NCBI GenBank assembly: GCA_963718845.1 | Contig: CAVRAD010000017.1 | Location: forward strand, 403,154-467,153 | Direction of reading: 5' to 3' | DNA length: 64,000 bases | Source of the DNA: an uncultured Acidobacteriota bacterium | GTDB taxonomy: Bacteria > Acidobacteriota > UBA6911 | Part shown: piece after piece, positions 29,859 through 39,400 of the stretch | Layout of the letters: each line of letters begins with the position of its first letter | How positions within the stretch are numbered: position 1 is the stretch's first letter | Notes under the pieces: generated by a model | The model's database searches: none | The model's input: the letters and a program-made list of their open reading frames with translations, nothing else | Told to the model about the DNA's origin: nothing | Program-made: the position numbers and the translations under genes

Positions 29859-31920
29859 TTAAAAGTTAAGCAGTCCGTTGTAATAAATCAAAATAAAAAC
29901 CACGACGCCAACGACCGCCGCCAGCACATATCTCTGGATAAGTCCCGTCTGAAAGGATGTGGCCACGCGATTCAACTTCATGTTGATCCAGCCGACAAAA
30001 TTGACCAGGCCATCCACGATGTAGGTATCGAACAATCTTGACAGCGTAGCCGTTCCGCGCGTTGATGGCCGCAGTCAAATTGACCGCGCCATCCACGAAC
30101 TTGGAATCCACGAAAAAACACGCTCTGCCAAGGTCCTTTAGTGCGGTTGACGAAGAGCGCGTCGTACAGTTCATCCACATAATACTTGCGGTACACCAGG
30201 GTATAGTATCCCTTGATCTTTTCGGCAAACCTGTCCGCCATTCCGGGACACTTCACATAAAAGCGGTGCGCCAAGAAAATACCCGCCAGAGCGATCGCTA
30301 CAGAAAGCGCAGTGAATAGGAATTCCTGCCCCGCGGAATGATGAATCGCCGCCTCGTGGCTTGCCGGGAGCCGCAAAACCGGCTCCAGAAAATGCTCAAA
30401 CCTGTTGGCAATGCCGGTCCATCCCGGAAAGCCCGACAAAACCGCCGACAGTCGACAGCACCGCAAGGGCAGCCAGCGGGTAGACTACATTCCTGGGTGA
30501 CTCGTGGATGTGATGCCGGGTGTGATCATCCATCCTCTCCTGTCCCCAGAACGTCAGGAAGAGAAGCCGGAACATATAAAAGGCCGTCATGCCTGCGCCG
30601 CACCACAGCAGGAACCAGATAACCGGATGGCCGTTGCTCCATGCCCGCCACAGAATTTCATCCTTGCTGAAGAATCCCGCAAACGGAGGAACTCCGGCAA
30701 TCGCGACGGTGCCCGCAAACATCGTCCAATAGGTCCAGGGCAGGTATTTTTTCAGCCCTCCCATCTTCATCATGTCCTGCTCATGGTGCATGGCCATGAT
30801 GACCGATCCGGAACCGAGGAAAAGGAGCGCTTTAAAAAAGGCGTGCGTCATCAGGTGGAAGATGCCGCCGACAAAAGCCCCCACTCCAAGCGCCGCGAAC
30901 ATATAGCCCAGCTGGCTAACAGTGGAATAAGCCAGGACGCGCTTAATATCGGTCTGGGCAAAACCGATCGTCGCGGCAAAGATCGCGGTCAGGGATCCCA
31001 CGACTGCCACGATGATCAGGGTCTCGGGCGCCCGGCTGTAGAGAGCGTTGCTTCGGCAGACCATGTAAACGCCGGCCGTCACCATCGTGGCGGCATGGAT
31101 GAGGGCGGATACGGGGGTAGGACCTTCCATCGCATCCGGCAGCCAGACATACAGGGGGATTTGGGCGCTCTTGCCGCAAGCTCCGATGAAGAAGCAGAGC
31201 GTTGCCCAGAAGAGAAAATCGTGGCCGGTCTGAATCGGCATCGCAGCCGCACTATTGAACACCTCTTCAAAACGCAGCGAACCGAAATGCACGAAAACGA
31301 TCATCATTCCCAGAATGAATCCCGCATCCCCGATCCGATTTACTACGAATGCCTTTTTCCCGGCATCCCCTGCGCTCTTTTTGTCGAAATAAAATCCGAT
31401 CAGCAAGTAGGAGCACAGTCCCACTCCCTCCCACCCGACGAACATCATCACGTAGTTGTTGGCCAGGACCAGGGTGAGCATCGCAAACATGAAGAGGTTC
31501 AGATAAGAGAAGAAGCGATAATACCCGCTGTCGTCCCACATATATCCGGTCGAATACACGTGAATCAGGAAACCAACGCCCGTAACGACCAGGATCATCA
31601 CGGCAGAAAGCGGATCCAGCTGAAATCCCCAGGGCACTTCAAACGTGGCCATGCCTCCGTTCGCCAGGGGAAGGGATCCACTGCTTAGCCACGTAAAGAG
31701 GTCGAGGGAGAACAGCTCTTTGTGTTCAACGGCAAAGAGCTGATACACACACAGCGCGCTCACAATAAAGGCGAGCGCCGACAGATCCAAGAGCGATGAC
31801 GGAAACAAGCCTCTTGTTCAGCTTCCTGCCGGCGCTGCGCAGTGTTATCAATCCTGTCAGGCCGATGAGCGCACTCCCGGCTAACGGCAAACTCGGTATC
31901 AACCAGATATATTTCAGCAT
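29859..31920 (-). CDS. nuoL: NADH-quinone oxidoreductase subunit L, about four frameshifts (near 31790, 30440, 30140, 30050)
   Basis: MLKYIWLIPSLPLAGSALIG...; core ORF 30396..31808 (FVGWEGVGLCSYLLIGFYF...WLPDAMEGPTPVSALIHAATMVTAGVYM). My translation of the last frame ends ...FQTGLIQRYVLAAVVGVVVFILIYYNGLLNF*. Confidence 0.85.
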
Positions 31921-32065
31921 AGTTTCTGACGCAGCCGGAATCGGCAAGTTTTAATAATACCCAAATTCCAGAATAGATCCGCTCGTAAACAAGTTTCAAT
32001 TATCCCTATAAAATCAACAAATACAAATAAATCCGCGATCTAGTAACATAGCAGTGCCGGAATTG

Positions 32066-32689
32066 TCAATTCAATGTTTCTGATTTAAATTCCTGAATCA
32101 GCAAGTCTCTGTAGATGGCGTCCACTTGCTCGCGGGTATGTTCGAGCGTTCTCGACGTATCGATCGTATAATTGGCAAGCTTGAGTTTCTCCTCCATCGG
32201 CATTTGCGAAGCGATTCTTGCTCCGGCTTCCTCTTCTGTCAAACCATCGCGCGCGATGAGACGGGAAACCTGTAGAGCAGGATCGCATGTGACCACGATA
32301 ATACTATGATACATTCTGTATCCGCCGGTCTCAATCATCAAAGCCGCATCCACGATGATGATGCCTCTAGACGCCGATTGTTCGAGTTCGCCAATCCGCC
32401 GCAGGATTTCCGTTTCCACTGCAGGATGTGTCAGAGAATTCAGCAAAAGTCTTTTGTCGGCATCGGAAAATACCATCCGGCCCAGTATCCTGCGGTCAAT
32501 CTCGCCAGCGGAACTCAGGATTCGTTCTCCGAAAGCGTCGACTATCTTTCGATACACAGGCGTGCCGGCCTTGAGCAGCAAGTGTACCAGACGATCGGCA
32601 TCGATCACATGAGCTCCCATTTCGGCAAATAACAACGCCGCAGAGCTCTTGCCCGATGCAATATTTCCGGTCAACCCGACATGCAACAT
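32066..32689 (-). CDS. coaE: dephospho-CoA kinase
   Basis: 207 aa: MLHVGLTGNIASGKSS...VIDADRLVH..., the CoaE pattern. Confidence 0.85.
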   Translation of the reverse strand: MLHVGLTGNIASGKSSAALLFAEMGAHVIDADRLVHLLLKAGTPVYRKIVDAFGERILSSAGEIDRRILGRMVFSDADKRLLLNSLTHPAVETEILRRIGELEQSASRGIIIVDAALMIETGGYRMYHSIIVVTCDPALQVSRLIARDGLTEEEAGARIASQMPMEEKLKLANYTIDTSRTLEHTREQVDAIYRDLLIQEFKSETLN

Positions 32690-32823
32690 AGCTATTTATA
32701 GTATCATAGGCGCAGCGTTGACTCCCTGACCATCTTGGGATACTTTGAGTGTGCTGAACGCTCATCGGCGGACCGCCGAAAAATTCGGATAGACAGCGGG
32801 CATTCACAGGGGGGGGGCCATTC

Positions 32824-33819
32824 ATGCGTGTTCTGATCACCGGCGGCGCCGGATTCATCGCGTATCACCTCGCTACCGCATTGATAGGCAGAAATGCTGA
32901 AGTTAGCCTGTTGGACAATTTCAATAGCTTCTACGATCCCGAAATAAAACGGCGCAATGTGCGGGACCTTCAGGCTCAAGGCCGAGTTCCGCTGCACACA
33001 GTCGATATTCTCGACCGTGAAAGACTTCGGCAGGTTTTCGAAGAAGTCCGGCCCGATACCGTTGTACATCTAGCAGCCTGGGCGGGCGTGCGCCCTTCCC
33101 TGGAAAAACCAGACCTATATTCTTCAGTCAATGTAACCGGAACCGTAAACCTGCTGGAAATGGCGAAAGATTTTTCCACGCGCTGTTTTGTTTTCGGATC
33201 CTCTTCGTCGGTTTACGGAGGGAACACAAAAGTGCCCTTTTCGGAAGAGGATGCCGTAGACCGTCCTGTTTCCCCCTATGCGGCGACCAAGCGGGCCGGA
33301 GAACTTTTGTGCCACACATACGCCCACAATTTCTCCATGCACATCACGTGCCTTCGCTTCTTCACCGTCTACGGTCCCAGGCAGCGCCCGGAAATGGCGA
33401 TTCACAAATTTGCCCAACTCATGGCTGCTGCGAAAGAGATTCCGATTTATGGCGCAGGAGACTCCCGCCGGGATTACACCTATGTTGAAGATATTGTCTC
33501 GGGTGTGCTCGGAGCCATCGACGCAAATCCGCAATTTGAAATCATCAACCTGGGAGAGTCGCAGACCACCACGTTGTTGGAATTGGTCCGTCATCTGGAA
33601 AACGCTCTCGGGATGAAGGCGCTGCTTCGCTTCCTGCCAAATCAGCCGGGAGACATGGAAGTCACTTATGCCGACATCAGCAGGGCACGCCGGCTCCTGG
33701 GATACAATCCTCAGAAACCGATCAGAGAAGGAATCCGGCTTTTTGCGGAATGGTTTAAAACCAGTCAGCAGTCGTTAGTCGGCAGTCGTTCAGTCGGTCA
33801 GTTTATAGTTTGTATTTGA
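32824..33819 (+). CDS. NAD-dependent nucleotide-sugar epimerase/dehydratase (UDP-glucuronate 4-epimerase-like)
   Basis: MRVLITGGAGFIAYHL..., YAATKRAGE..., FFTVYGPRQRPEMAIHKF. The last 20 codons or so are encoded by a heptamer array. Confidence 0.8.
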   Translation: MRVLITGGAGFIAYHLATALIGRNAEVSLLDNFNSFYDPEIKRRNVRDLQAQGRVPLHTVDILDRERLRQVFEEVRPDTVVHLAAWAGVRPSLEKPDLYSSVNVTGTVNLLEMAKDFSTRCFVFGSSSSVYGGNTKVPFSEEDAVDRPVSPYAATKRAGELLCHTYAHNFSMHITCLRFFTVYGPRQRPEMAIHKFAQLMAAAKEIPIYGAGDSRRDYTYVEDIVSGVLGAIDANPQFEIINLGESQTTTLLELVRHLENALGMKALLRFLPNQPGDMEVTYADISRARRLLGYNPQKPIREGIRLFAEWFKTSQQSLVGSRSVGQFIVCI

Positions 33820-33938
33820 AATTTGTTGTTTTTTGTGGCGGTCATTAATCATTAGTAATACTGCCGACTGACACTGACTGCCGACTGCCGACTGCCGACT
33901 GCCGACTGCCGACTGCCGATGCCGACTGCTGACTGCAC
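33762..33938. repeat. inverted heptamer arrays (CAGTCGG-type x about 6; about 58-bp AT-rich spacer; CTGCCGA x about 11)
   Basis: Left arm 33762-33802, right arm 33861-33938 (six consecutive perfect ctgccga units). It lies between convergent genes. Confidence 0.85.
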
Positions 33939-34904
33939 TTAAGGAATATCCGCCACCACAAGCGTATTGGACATTTCATTGATGACGTAAATAGTGCGGT
34001 TGTCCGGCGCAATTTTGACATCGGTCGGTCCCCGATCGACATTGAAGGTTTCAGCAACCAGATTGCGCAGATCCGAAGCGAAAATGGAAACATTGCGCGA
34101 GCCGGCGTTGACAACAAATATCCGCTTCCCGTCCGGGCTTACAGCGACACCAAAAGGCATTTTTCCGACCGGAACGGTAAATAGAACTCTCATAAGGTCC
34201 GTGTCTATCACCGACAGATCATTGCTGCGGCTGTTGGCAACGAAGACGCGCTTCCCGTCCGGAGTTATGGCGATGCCATCCGGGGCTTCGCCCACAGCAA
34301 TCTTGTTTACGACAACCTGTCTCTCAGGATCCACCACCCAGACTTCATTGTTTCCTCCCATTGCCACATAGATCGTTTCCGTGGTCGGGGAGACAACAAG
34401 GGCGAAAGGCGAGACTCCCATCTTTATGCTCGCCACCACGCCGCGTTCGCGAATGTCGACGATATTTAGCAGGCCCTGCCCGCTGCGCCCATAGTTGGAC
34501 ACGTAGGCCCGGTATCCGCGGCGGCTCATTGCTATGAAATTCGGCTGCCCTCCAACATTAATGTCAGCCAGAACGCGGAAAGCCTTTAAATCCACGACAG
34601 CAACGGTACCGGAATCCTTGCAGGCTACGAGCGCCGTATTCCCCTTATCGTCAATCGCCAGTCCCAGCGGGGATGATCCGAGCAGGACGCTCTGGTCAAC
34701 CATCTTCTTGGCAAGGTTGATGCTCACCAGTTCATTGGTGCCGTACGATGTTGCATACACCCTTGTCCCGTCCGGGCTTAGTGCGATGAAATTGGGGGAC
34801 TTCCCGACTTTTTTTATCCGGAAGGTCTGGATTGGACTGCTGAATCCGGACAATAAACAGAGCAGGGATGTAAGAACGCATAGGATGCCTCGAAATTTCT
34901 TCAT
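33939..34904 (-). CDS. YVTN-family beta-propeller repeat protein, secreted
   Basis: 321 aa with a signal peptide (MKKFRGILCVLTSLLCLLSG) and repeated ...G..P.G.A.SPDG.R.YV.N... blades. Confidence 0.7.
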   Translation of the reverse strand: MKKFRGILCVLTSLLCLLSGFSSPIQTFRIKKVGKSPNFIALSPDGTRVYATSYGTNELVSINLAKKMVDQSVLLGSSPLGLAIDDKGNTALVACKDSGTVAVVDLKAFRVLADINVGGQPNFIAMSRRGYRAYVSNYGRSGQGLLNIVDIRERGVVASIKMGVSPFALVVSPTTETIYVAMGGNNEVWVVDPERQVVVNKIAVGEAPDGIAITPDGKRVFVANSRSNDLSVIDTDLMRVLFTVPVGKMPFGVAVSPDGKRIFVVNAGSRNVSIFASDLRNLVAETFNVDRGPTDVKIAPDNRTIYVINEMSNTLVVADIP

Positions 34905-34917
34905 GACAGCTCCTTAT

Positions 34918-35661
34918 CTATTTCGTAGCGGCAATCAGGCTGAAAACTCCTGCATGGCGCGATTCCGGAACGTTCAAGCCTTGAATAATGACCTGGCGAA
35001 AGCCCGCCCTGAACAACAATTGAATAATTTCCTCCTGATCATAATATACCGCGCCTGCTTCAGCCGGATTCTTTTGGACATACCGGAGGTGCAGGTTCCT
35101 CAACAGCCAGGGCAATGACCGTTGCGCAGATTTTGGCGTCAGAAACTCGGCCAGGATCAAGTGCCCGTCCGGTACGAGAATGCGGAGAATTTCCGCAAGG
35201 TAGTGCTCCGCAGGGTGTCTGTGCATATCGAAGAATGAAACCGCAAGCTCGCCGAATCCATCTGAAACGGGGAATTGGGGTTCCCGCAAATGCCTGAACT
35301 CAATGAATTGCTGCAAACCATGGTGCGCCGCTCTTTGCTTGGCGCGCTCCAACAGCGTAACATTGGTATCGAACGAGTAAATGCGCCCGGAAAAGGCTTT
35401 GCGCGCGGCCAGCCTAAGCGCAAAAGTCGAAGTATCGGTGAGCAGATCCATCACCTTTACCCGCCCGGTGTTAACCGCAAAGTCCACGACCTGATCGATG
35501 GTAAGGTAGTAATCCAAACCGGTTCTCCATCGGAAAAACCGGGCTACTCCCTCTTCATAGGTATCGATCGTTGCCGGCAGATTCGCCATAAACGGCCGTC
35601 GATGCGGCGGCGAAAAATCAAATTTCTTCTGTTGATTTCCGGCGGGATGCTCGGTCTTCAC
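34918..35661 (-). CDS. class I SAM-dependent methyltransferase-like protein
   Basis: 247 aa with methyltransferase-like segments (VMDLLTDTSTFA..., LRILVPDGHLILAEF). Motif I is degenerate. Confidence 0.5.
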   Translation of the reverse strand: MKTEHPAGNQQKKFDFSPPHRRPFMANLPATIDTYEEGVARFFRWRTGLDYYLTIDQVVDFAVNTGRVKVMDLLTDTSTFALRLAARKAFSGRIYSFDTNVTLLERAKQRAAHHGLQQFIEFRHLREPQFPVSDGFGELAVSFFDMHRHPAEHYLAEILRILVPDGHLILAEFLTPKSAQRSLPWLLRNLHLRYVQKNPAEAGAVYYDQEEIIQLLFRAGFRQVIIQGLNVPESRHAGVFSLIAATK

Positions 35662-35671
35662 GGGATACTCC

Positions 35672-35763
35672 GATTCCTGATTCCTGATTCCTCATTCCTG
35701 ACTCCTGATTCTAGGTTGGGCTGTGTTTTTAGTCTGGAATCAGGAATTTGGAATCAGGAATCA
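35672..35763. repeat. inverted heptamer arrays (GATTCCT x 6 / GGAATCA x 4)
   Basis: The sequence gattcct gattcct gattcct cattcct gactcct gattcta ... ggaatca ggaattt ggaatca ggaatca lies between two co-directional minus-strand genes. Confidence 0.85.
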
Positions 35764-37401
35764 TATTTGTTTCCGGCGAAGAAGCGAATAGTGCTCCGTT
35801 TTTACGACTGCGGAATATCGCGCAGCCCAGTTGGCGTCAGCCCGCATGAGCTTCCAGATAGAATCCCCCGTTTGGAAACAAATCCAGCCTACGACGAGTT
35901 CCGGATTTCGCGCTGCATCATGCCAGAGCACTTCCCTGCCCTCGTTGTAGACAAATTCCTTAACGTCCAGACCGGAGTCATACACGAGCGGCGCTTCCGT
36001 CCCCATGTCTATTAAAATCCTTGTCCCATCGTAATTCTGCTTCAAATACTGCAATACCCTCTCTCTTTCGGGCTCGATAAATTCATGCTCCATCGTTTCC
36101 ACCATCATAGGATGGACCTCACGGGCCAGCGGTGGAACATAAATTCCAGCGACGCACAGAAACATCAGCGGCGCGCTATACCACTGCTTTACACGGGCTA
36201 TAAAAAATAGTATCAGTCCCACCACGGGCAGTACAAGCGCTCCGGGGCCAGGCAGGGGAAAGCTGTTCGGATTGATGCGGTACATATACCATGTAAACCA
36301 AGGCAATCCCATGACAACAACCAAAAGCAGCAGGAGAGACCTTTTCTTTGCCGCGTGCGAGGTTGTCACCAAACTGCCAAAAATCGCCACCGCCGGAAGA
36401 AGAAGCACCGAATAGCGTACGCGATAGATCAGTCCCCAGTAGAGAGCGGAGATATTAATCAGAGAGGGCAGCCAAAGCAGCAGCAGGGGAACGCGCCGTT
36501 TAAATTCGCCGCGTTGCACCATAAAGAGCAGGAGGCCGGCAGCCGCCACAAGCAGCGGGAGAATTGCGGCCATTTGAGACAACTCTCCCAGGTGGTAAAT
36601 CAGAGAAAGAAAAGGGCGATGGTACGTAACATACGGATTGGGATTTCCCTGCGCGACCCTGTGGAAAAAATTATCCCCCAGGCGCAGGAATATATAGCCG
36701 AAATGAGCGAGCGCGGGCACGCCCACGAGCGTAATAAAAAGCGCCCCTGTTTGCAGGATCTTGCGTCTGGATGCACGCCGCGTCCAGAAATCGTAGACAA
36801 GGAGCAGCAGGACGCCGCCAAAAAAACACCAGCCTTCGTAGCGGCACATCGCACCCAGGCTTGTCCAGATGGCCGCGCGCCAAGGCATAACGGTGCAGCC
36901 ATCCTCGCGCCAGCAAATCAAGCTGTGCATCGCCAGCAGGAGGAGCGCCATATACAGAGGTTCCGTCAACGGGCAGCTCTGCAGGTACTGAAGATTTGGA
37001 TTTCCCAGCAGGACAACTGCCGCAAAAACACCCCCGGTTATCGAGCCGGTAAGCCGGTAGGAAATTTTATAAGCCAGATACCCCGAGAGCGCATACGCAA
37101 AGACGGAGATCAGACTCGGAATCAATCCCGATCGGTACTGAGACTCGAATATCACAAAAGGGAGATATACCAGGTGAATTAGCGGGAGCCAATTTACTCC
37201 CAGTTGGGAATAGCCTGGCGAAAGGGAATCCACCATGCGGCGCGCGACCAGCAAGTGCGCCTTGGCGTCATAGTGCGCGATCGTCAACTGATGGACATAG
37301 TAGTAAATGAAAAATGCAATGCCGATGAGCAGTCCTGCGACAAAGATCAGGCGCGAGACTTCCCGGCTCTGCGAAAGTCTTATGGTTTTGAATGAATGCA
37401 T
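35761..37401 (-). CDS. polytopic membrane protein, GT-C (PMT_2/GT39-like) glycosyltransferase candidate
   Basis: The likely start is [11 protein letters not shown] (ATG at 37401), which overlaps the asnS stop. The protein has many TM helices and a soluble C-terminal domain. Confidence 0.5.
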   Translation of the reverse strand: MHSFKTIRLSQSREVSRLIFVAGLLIGIAFFIYYYVHQLTIAHYDAKAHLLVARRMVDSLSPGYSQLGVNWLPLIHLVYLPFVIFESQYRSGLIPSLISVFAYALSGYLAYKISYRLTGSITGGVFAAVVLLGNPNLQYLQSCPLTEPLYMALLLLAMHSLICWREDGCTVMPWRAAIWTSLGAMCRYEGWCFFGGVLLLLVYDFWTRRASRRKILQTGALFITLVGVPALAHFGYIFLRLGDNFFHRVAQGNPNPYVTYHRPFLSLIYHLGELSQMAAILPLLVAAAGLLLFMVQRGEFKRRVPLLLLWLPSLINISALYWGLIYRVRYSVLLLPAVAIFGSLVTTSHAAKKRSLLLLLVVVMGLPWFTWYMYRINPNSFPLPGPGALVLPVVGLILFFIARVKQWYSAPLMFLCVAGIYVPPLAREVHPMMVETMEHEFIEPERERVLQYLKQNYDGTRILIDMGTEAPLVYDSGLDVKEFVYNEGREVLWHDAARNPELVVGWICFQTGDSIWKLMRADANWAARYSAVVKTEHYSLLRRKQI

Positions 37402-38705
37402 CAGGGGTAAATCCTGTAGAGCGTGCGCGGAAATGCAATCGTTTCGCGCAGGTGGCCTAAATTGCAGAGCCATGCAACCATCCGCTCGATTCCCATGCCA
37501 AATCCGCCGTGAGGCACCGTCCCATACTTGCGGAGGTCCAGATACCACTGAAACGGCTCTACCGCGAGATTGTGTTCTTTAAGGCGCCGCATCAACAGAT
37601 CGTAGTCGTGGATGCGCTGGCCTCCGCCGATAATCTCGCCATATCCTTCAGGAGCTAGAACGTCGACACACAGAGCAACTTCCGGCCTTTCAGGATCCGG
37701 CTGCATGTAGAACGCCTTCACTTCGGAAGGATACCGGTGCACCATCACGGGCGCCGAATATTGTTCCGAGAGAATGGTTTCATCCCCTCCGCCGAAATCT
37801 CCGCCCCATTGGATCTCCGAACCGGCCGCCTGCATTTTTTTCACAGCTTCGTCATAGCTCAGGCGCGGAAAAGGCCGTGAAAGCTTTTCCAATATCGAGG
37901 TGTCGCGTTCTAGCGCCTCCAACTGCGTTCGGCGTCGCGTCAGAACCCGCTCGACGATGAAGCAAATCAGTCCCTCAGCCAGTTGCATCGTGTCTTCCAA
38001 TGTCGCATAGGCGACCTCCGGCTCCACCATCCAGAATTCCATCAGATGCCTGCGGGTTTTGGATTTTTCCGCCCGGAATGTGGGGCCGAAACAATAGACT
38101 TTGCCGAAAGCCGCGGCAGTCGCCTCGTTATACAACTGCCCGCTCTGCGTCAGATATGCCTTCTGATCGAAGTATTCAGTCTCGAAAAGGGTCGTTGTTC
38201 CCTCACAGGCGTTTGGCGTGAATATCGGCGTGTCAACCAGGGTGAAACCAAGATCGTCAAAATAGTCCCTGCATGCCTTGATGATCTCGTGCCTGATTTT
38301 TATGATCGCGTGCTGGCGGGAGCTCCTAAGCCAGAGATGCCGGTTCTCCATCAAAAAGGCCGTTCCATGTTCTTTGGGCGTTATCGGATAGTTTTCTGCC
38401 AGCTGGACAATCTGGAATCCCGTAACGTCCACTTCATATCCGCCCGCACTACGTGCGTCTTTGCGGACTTTCCCTCGGATTTCGATGCTGGTTTCCTGTG
38501 TGACTTTATCGAGCAGATCGAACTGCTCGGGCGTGAAATTTCCCTTGAACGCGACGCACTGGATAATTCCCGTCCCATCGCGAAGCAATATGAACTGAAG
38601 TTTCCCGCTACTCCGCTTATTATATACCCACCCGCGCAGCGAGATCTCATTCCCCTCGTATGCGCTCACATTCTCGACATACCAACGGCCATACGAATAC
38701 CTCAT
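37401..38705 (-). CDS. asnS: asparagine--tRNA ligase
   Basis: From [13 protein letters not shown]...[29 protein letters not shown]; class II motifs [21 protein letters not shown] and [13 protein letters not shown]; about 434 aa. Confidence 0.85.
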   Translation of the reverse strand: MRYSYGRWYVENVSAYEGNEISLRGWVYNKRSSGKLQFILLRDGTGIIQCVAFKGNFTPEQFDLLDKVTQETSIEIRGKVRKDARSAGGYEVDVTGFQIVQLAENYPITPKEHGTAFLMENRHLWLRSSRQHAIIKIRHEIIKACRDYFDDLGFTLVDTPIFTPNACEGTTTLFETEYFDQKAYLTQSGQLYNEATAAAFGKVYCFGPTFRAEKSKTRRHLMEFWMVEPEVAYATLEDTMQLAEGLICFIVERVLTRRRTQLEALERDTSILEKLSRPFPRLSYDEAVKKMQAAGSEIQWGGDFGGGDETILSEQYSAPVMVHRYPSEVKAFYMQPDPERPEVALCVDVLAPEGYGEIIGGGQRIHDYDLLMRRLKEHNLAVEPFQWYLDLRKYGTVPHGGFGMGIERMVAWLCNLGHLRETIAFPRTLYRIYP

Positions 38706-38708
38706 TAT

Positions 38709-38802
38709 TGATTCGAGATTCCGGATTCCAGATTTCTGATACCTGATTCGGGATTCCTGATTATTGATCGGGGCTGGCCAATTTGGAATCTGGAATCTTA
38801 AT
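38709..38802. repeat. heptamer arrays (TGATTCG/GGATTCC-type x about 9, then TCTGGAA-type x about 3, inverted)
   Basis: Read directly in the CYTH-asnS spacer. Confidence 0.75.
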
Positions 38803-39343
38803 AAACCATAAAGCCTGGTGCTTCCCCCGTCCTTTGGCAATGATCCAGGTACAGAGAATAATAGCTGAGGCGCAGGAACTGCGTCTCAGCTATTCCCATT
38901 TTGTGCGCCAGTGCCCGAATCCCGTCTTCGGTGCCTTCGAGTTCGACGTAGTTCCCTATTGGAGTCTCGTCTACGGCAACATGAACTTGGTCGAGCACAA
39001 ACTCCCGCCGGTATTTCTGATATCGGAAGCAGATACTCATTCCGATCCGCTCGAGGATCTGGAGCATCGCCGCTGCATCTTCTACCCCGGTCTCTAATTC
39101 CTCCCGCGTCTTAAAGATCCCGTCCAGACGTGGCGGTCCCTTGAACGTCAGTAAACCGCATCCATTGGCAAACCTTATTCGGAGCATGCACCGGCCCGAT
39201 TGAAGGTTCCCGTCAGGAAAATCCAGCAGGTAGTTGTCCTCAAAATGCCTTTCGGCCAGAATGCCGGGATTTAAGATATCGAGCTGCAGGCATAAACCTT
39301 CTACATCCTCGATTTTGACCTTGATTTCCGTCTCGGTGCTCAA
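38798..39343 (-). CDS. CYTH domain protein (class IV adenylate cyclase / triphosphatase family)
   Basis: 181 aa. The N-terminal ETEIKVKI (ExExK) motif and the length fit CYTH. Confidence 0.7.
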   Translation of the reverse strand: MSTETEIKVKIEDVEGLCLQLDILNPGILAERHFEDNYLLDFPDGNLQSGRCMLRIRFANGCGLLTFKGPPRLDGIFKTREELETGVEDAAAMLQILERIGMSICFRYQKYRREFVLDQVHVAVDETPIGNYVELEGTEDGIRALAHKMGIAETQFLRLSYYSLYLDHCQRTGEAPGFMVY

Positions 39344-39365
39344 CGATTTCCCCGCAGGCTTTCCT

Positions 39366-39400
39366 AATCTCGAACCACAAATGCCGAATCTCGAATCAGT
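39366..39400. repeat. degenerate 7-nt periodic spacer (AATCTCGAA twice, 21 nt apart)
   Basis: Read directly between the deaminase-fusion stop and the CYTH start. This is the weakest member of the array family. Confidence 0.3.

Noticed and set aside
32810-32818. Run of nine G immediately upstream of the epimerase start codon as a phase-variation tract.
   Set aside because: It is a single homopolymer in an assembly that evidently miscounts homopolymers, so its length is unreliable. It may simply be part of the ribosome-binding region.
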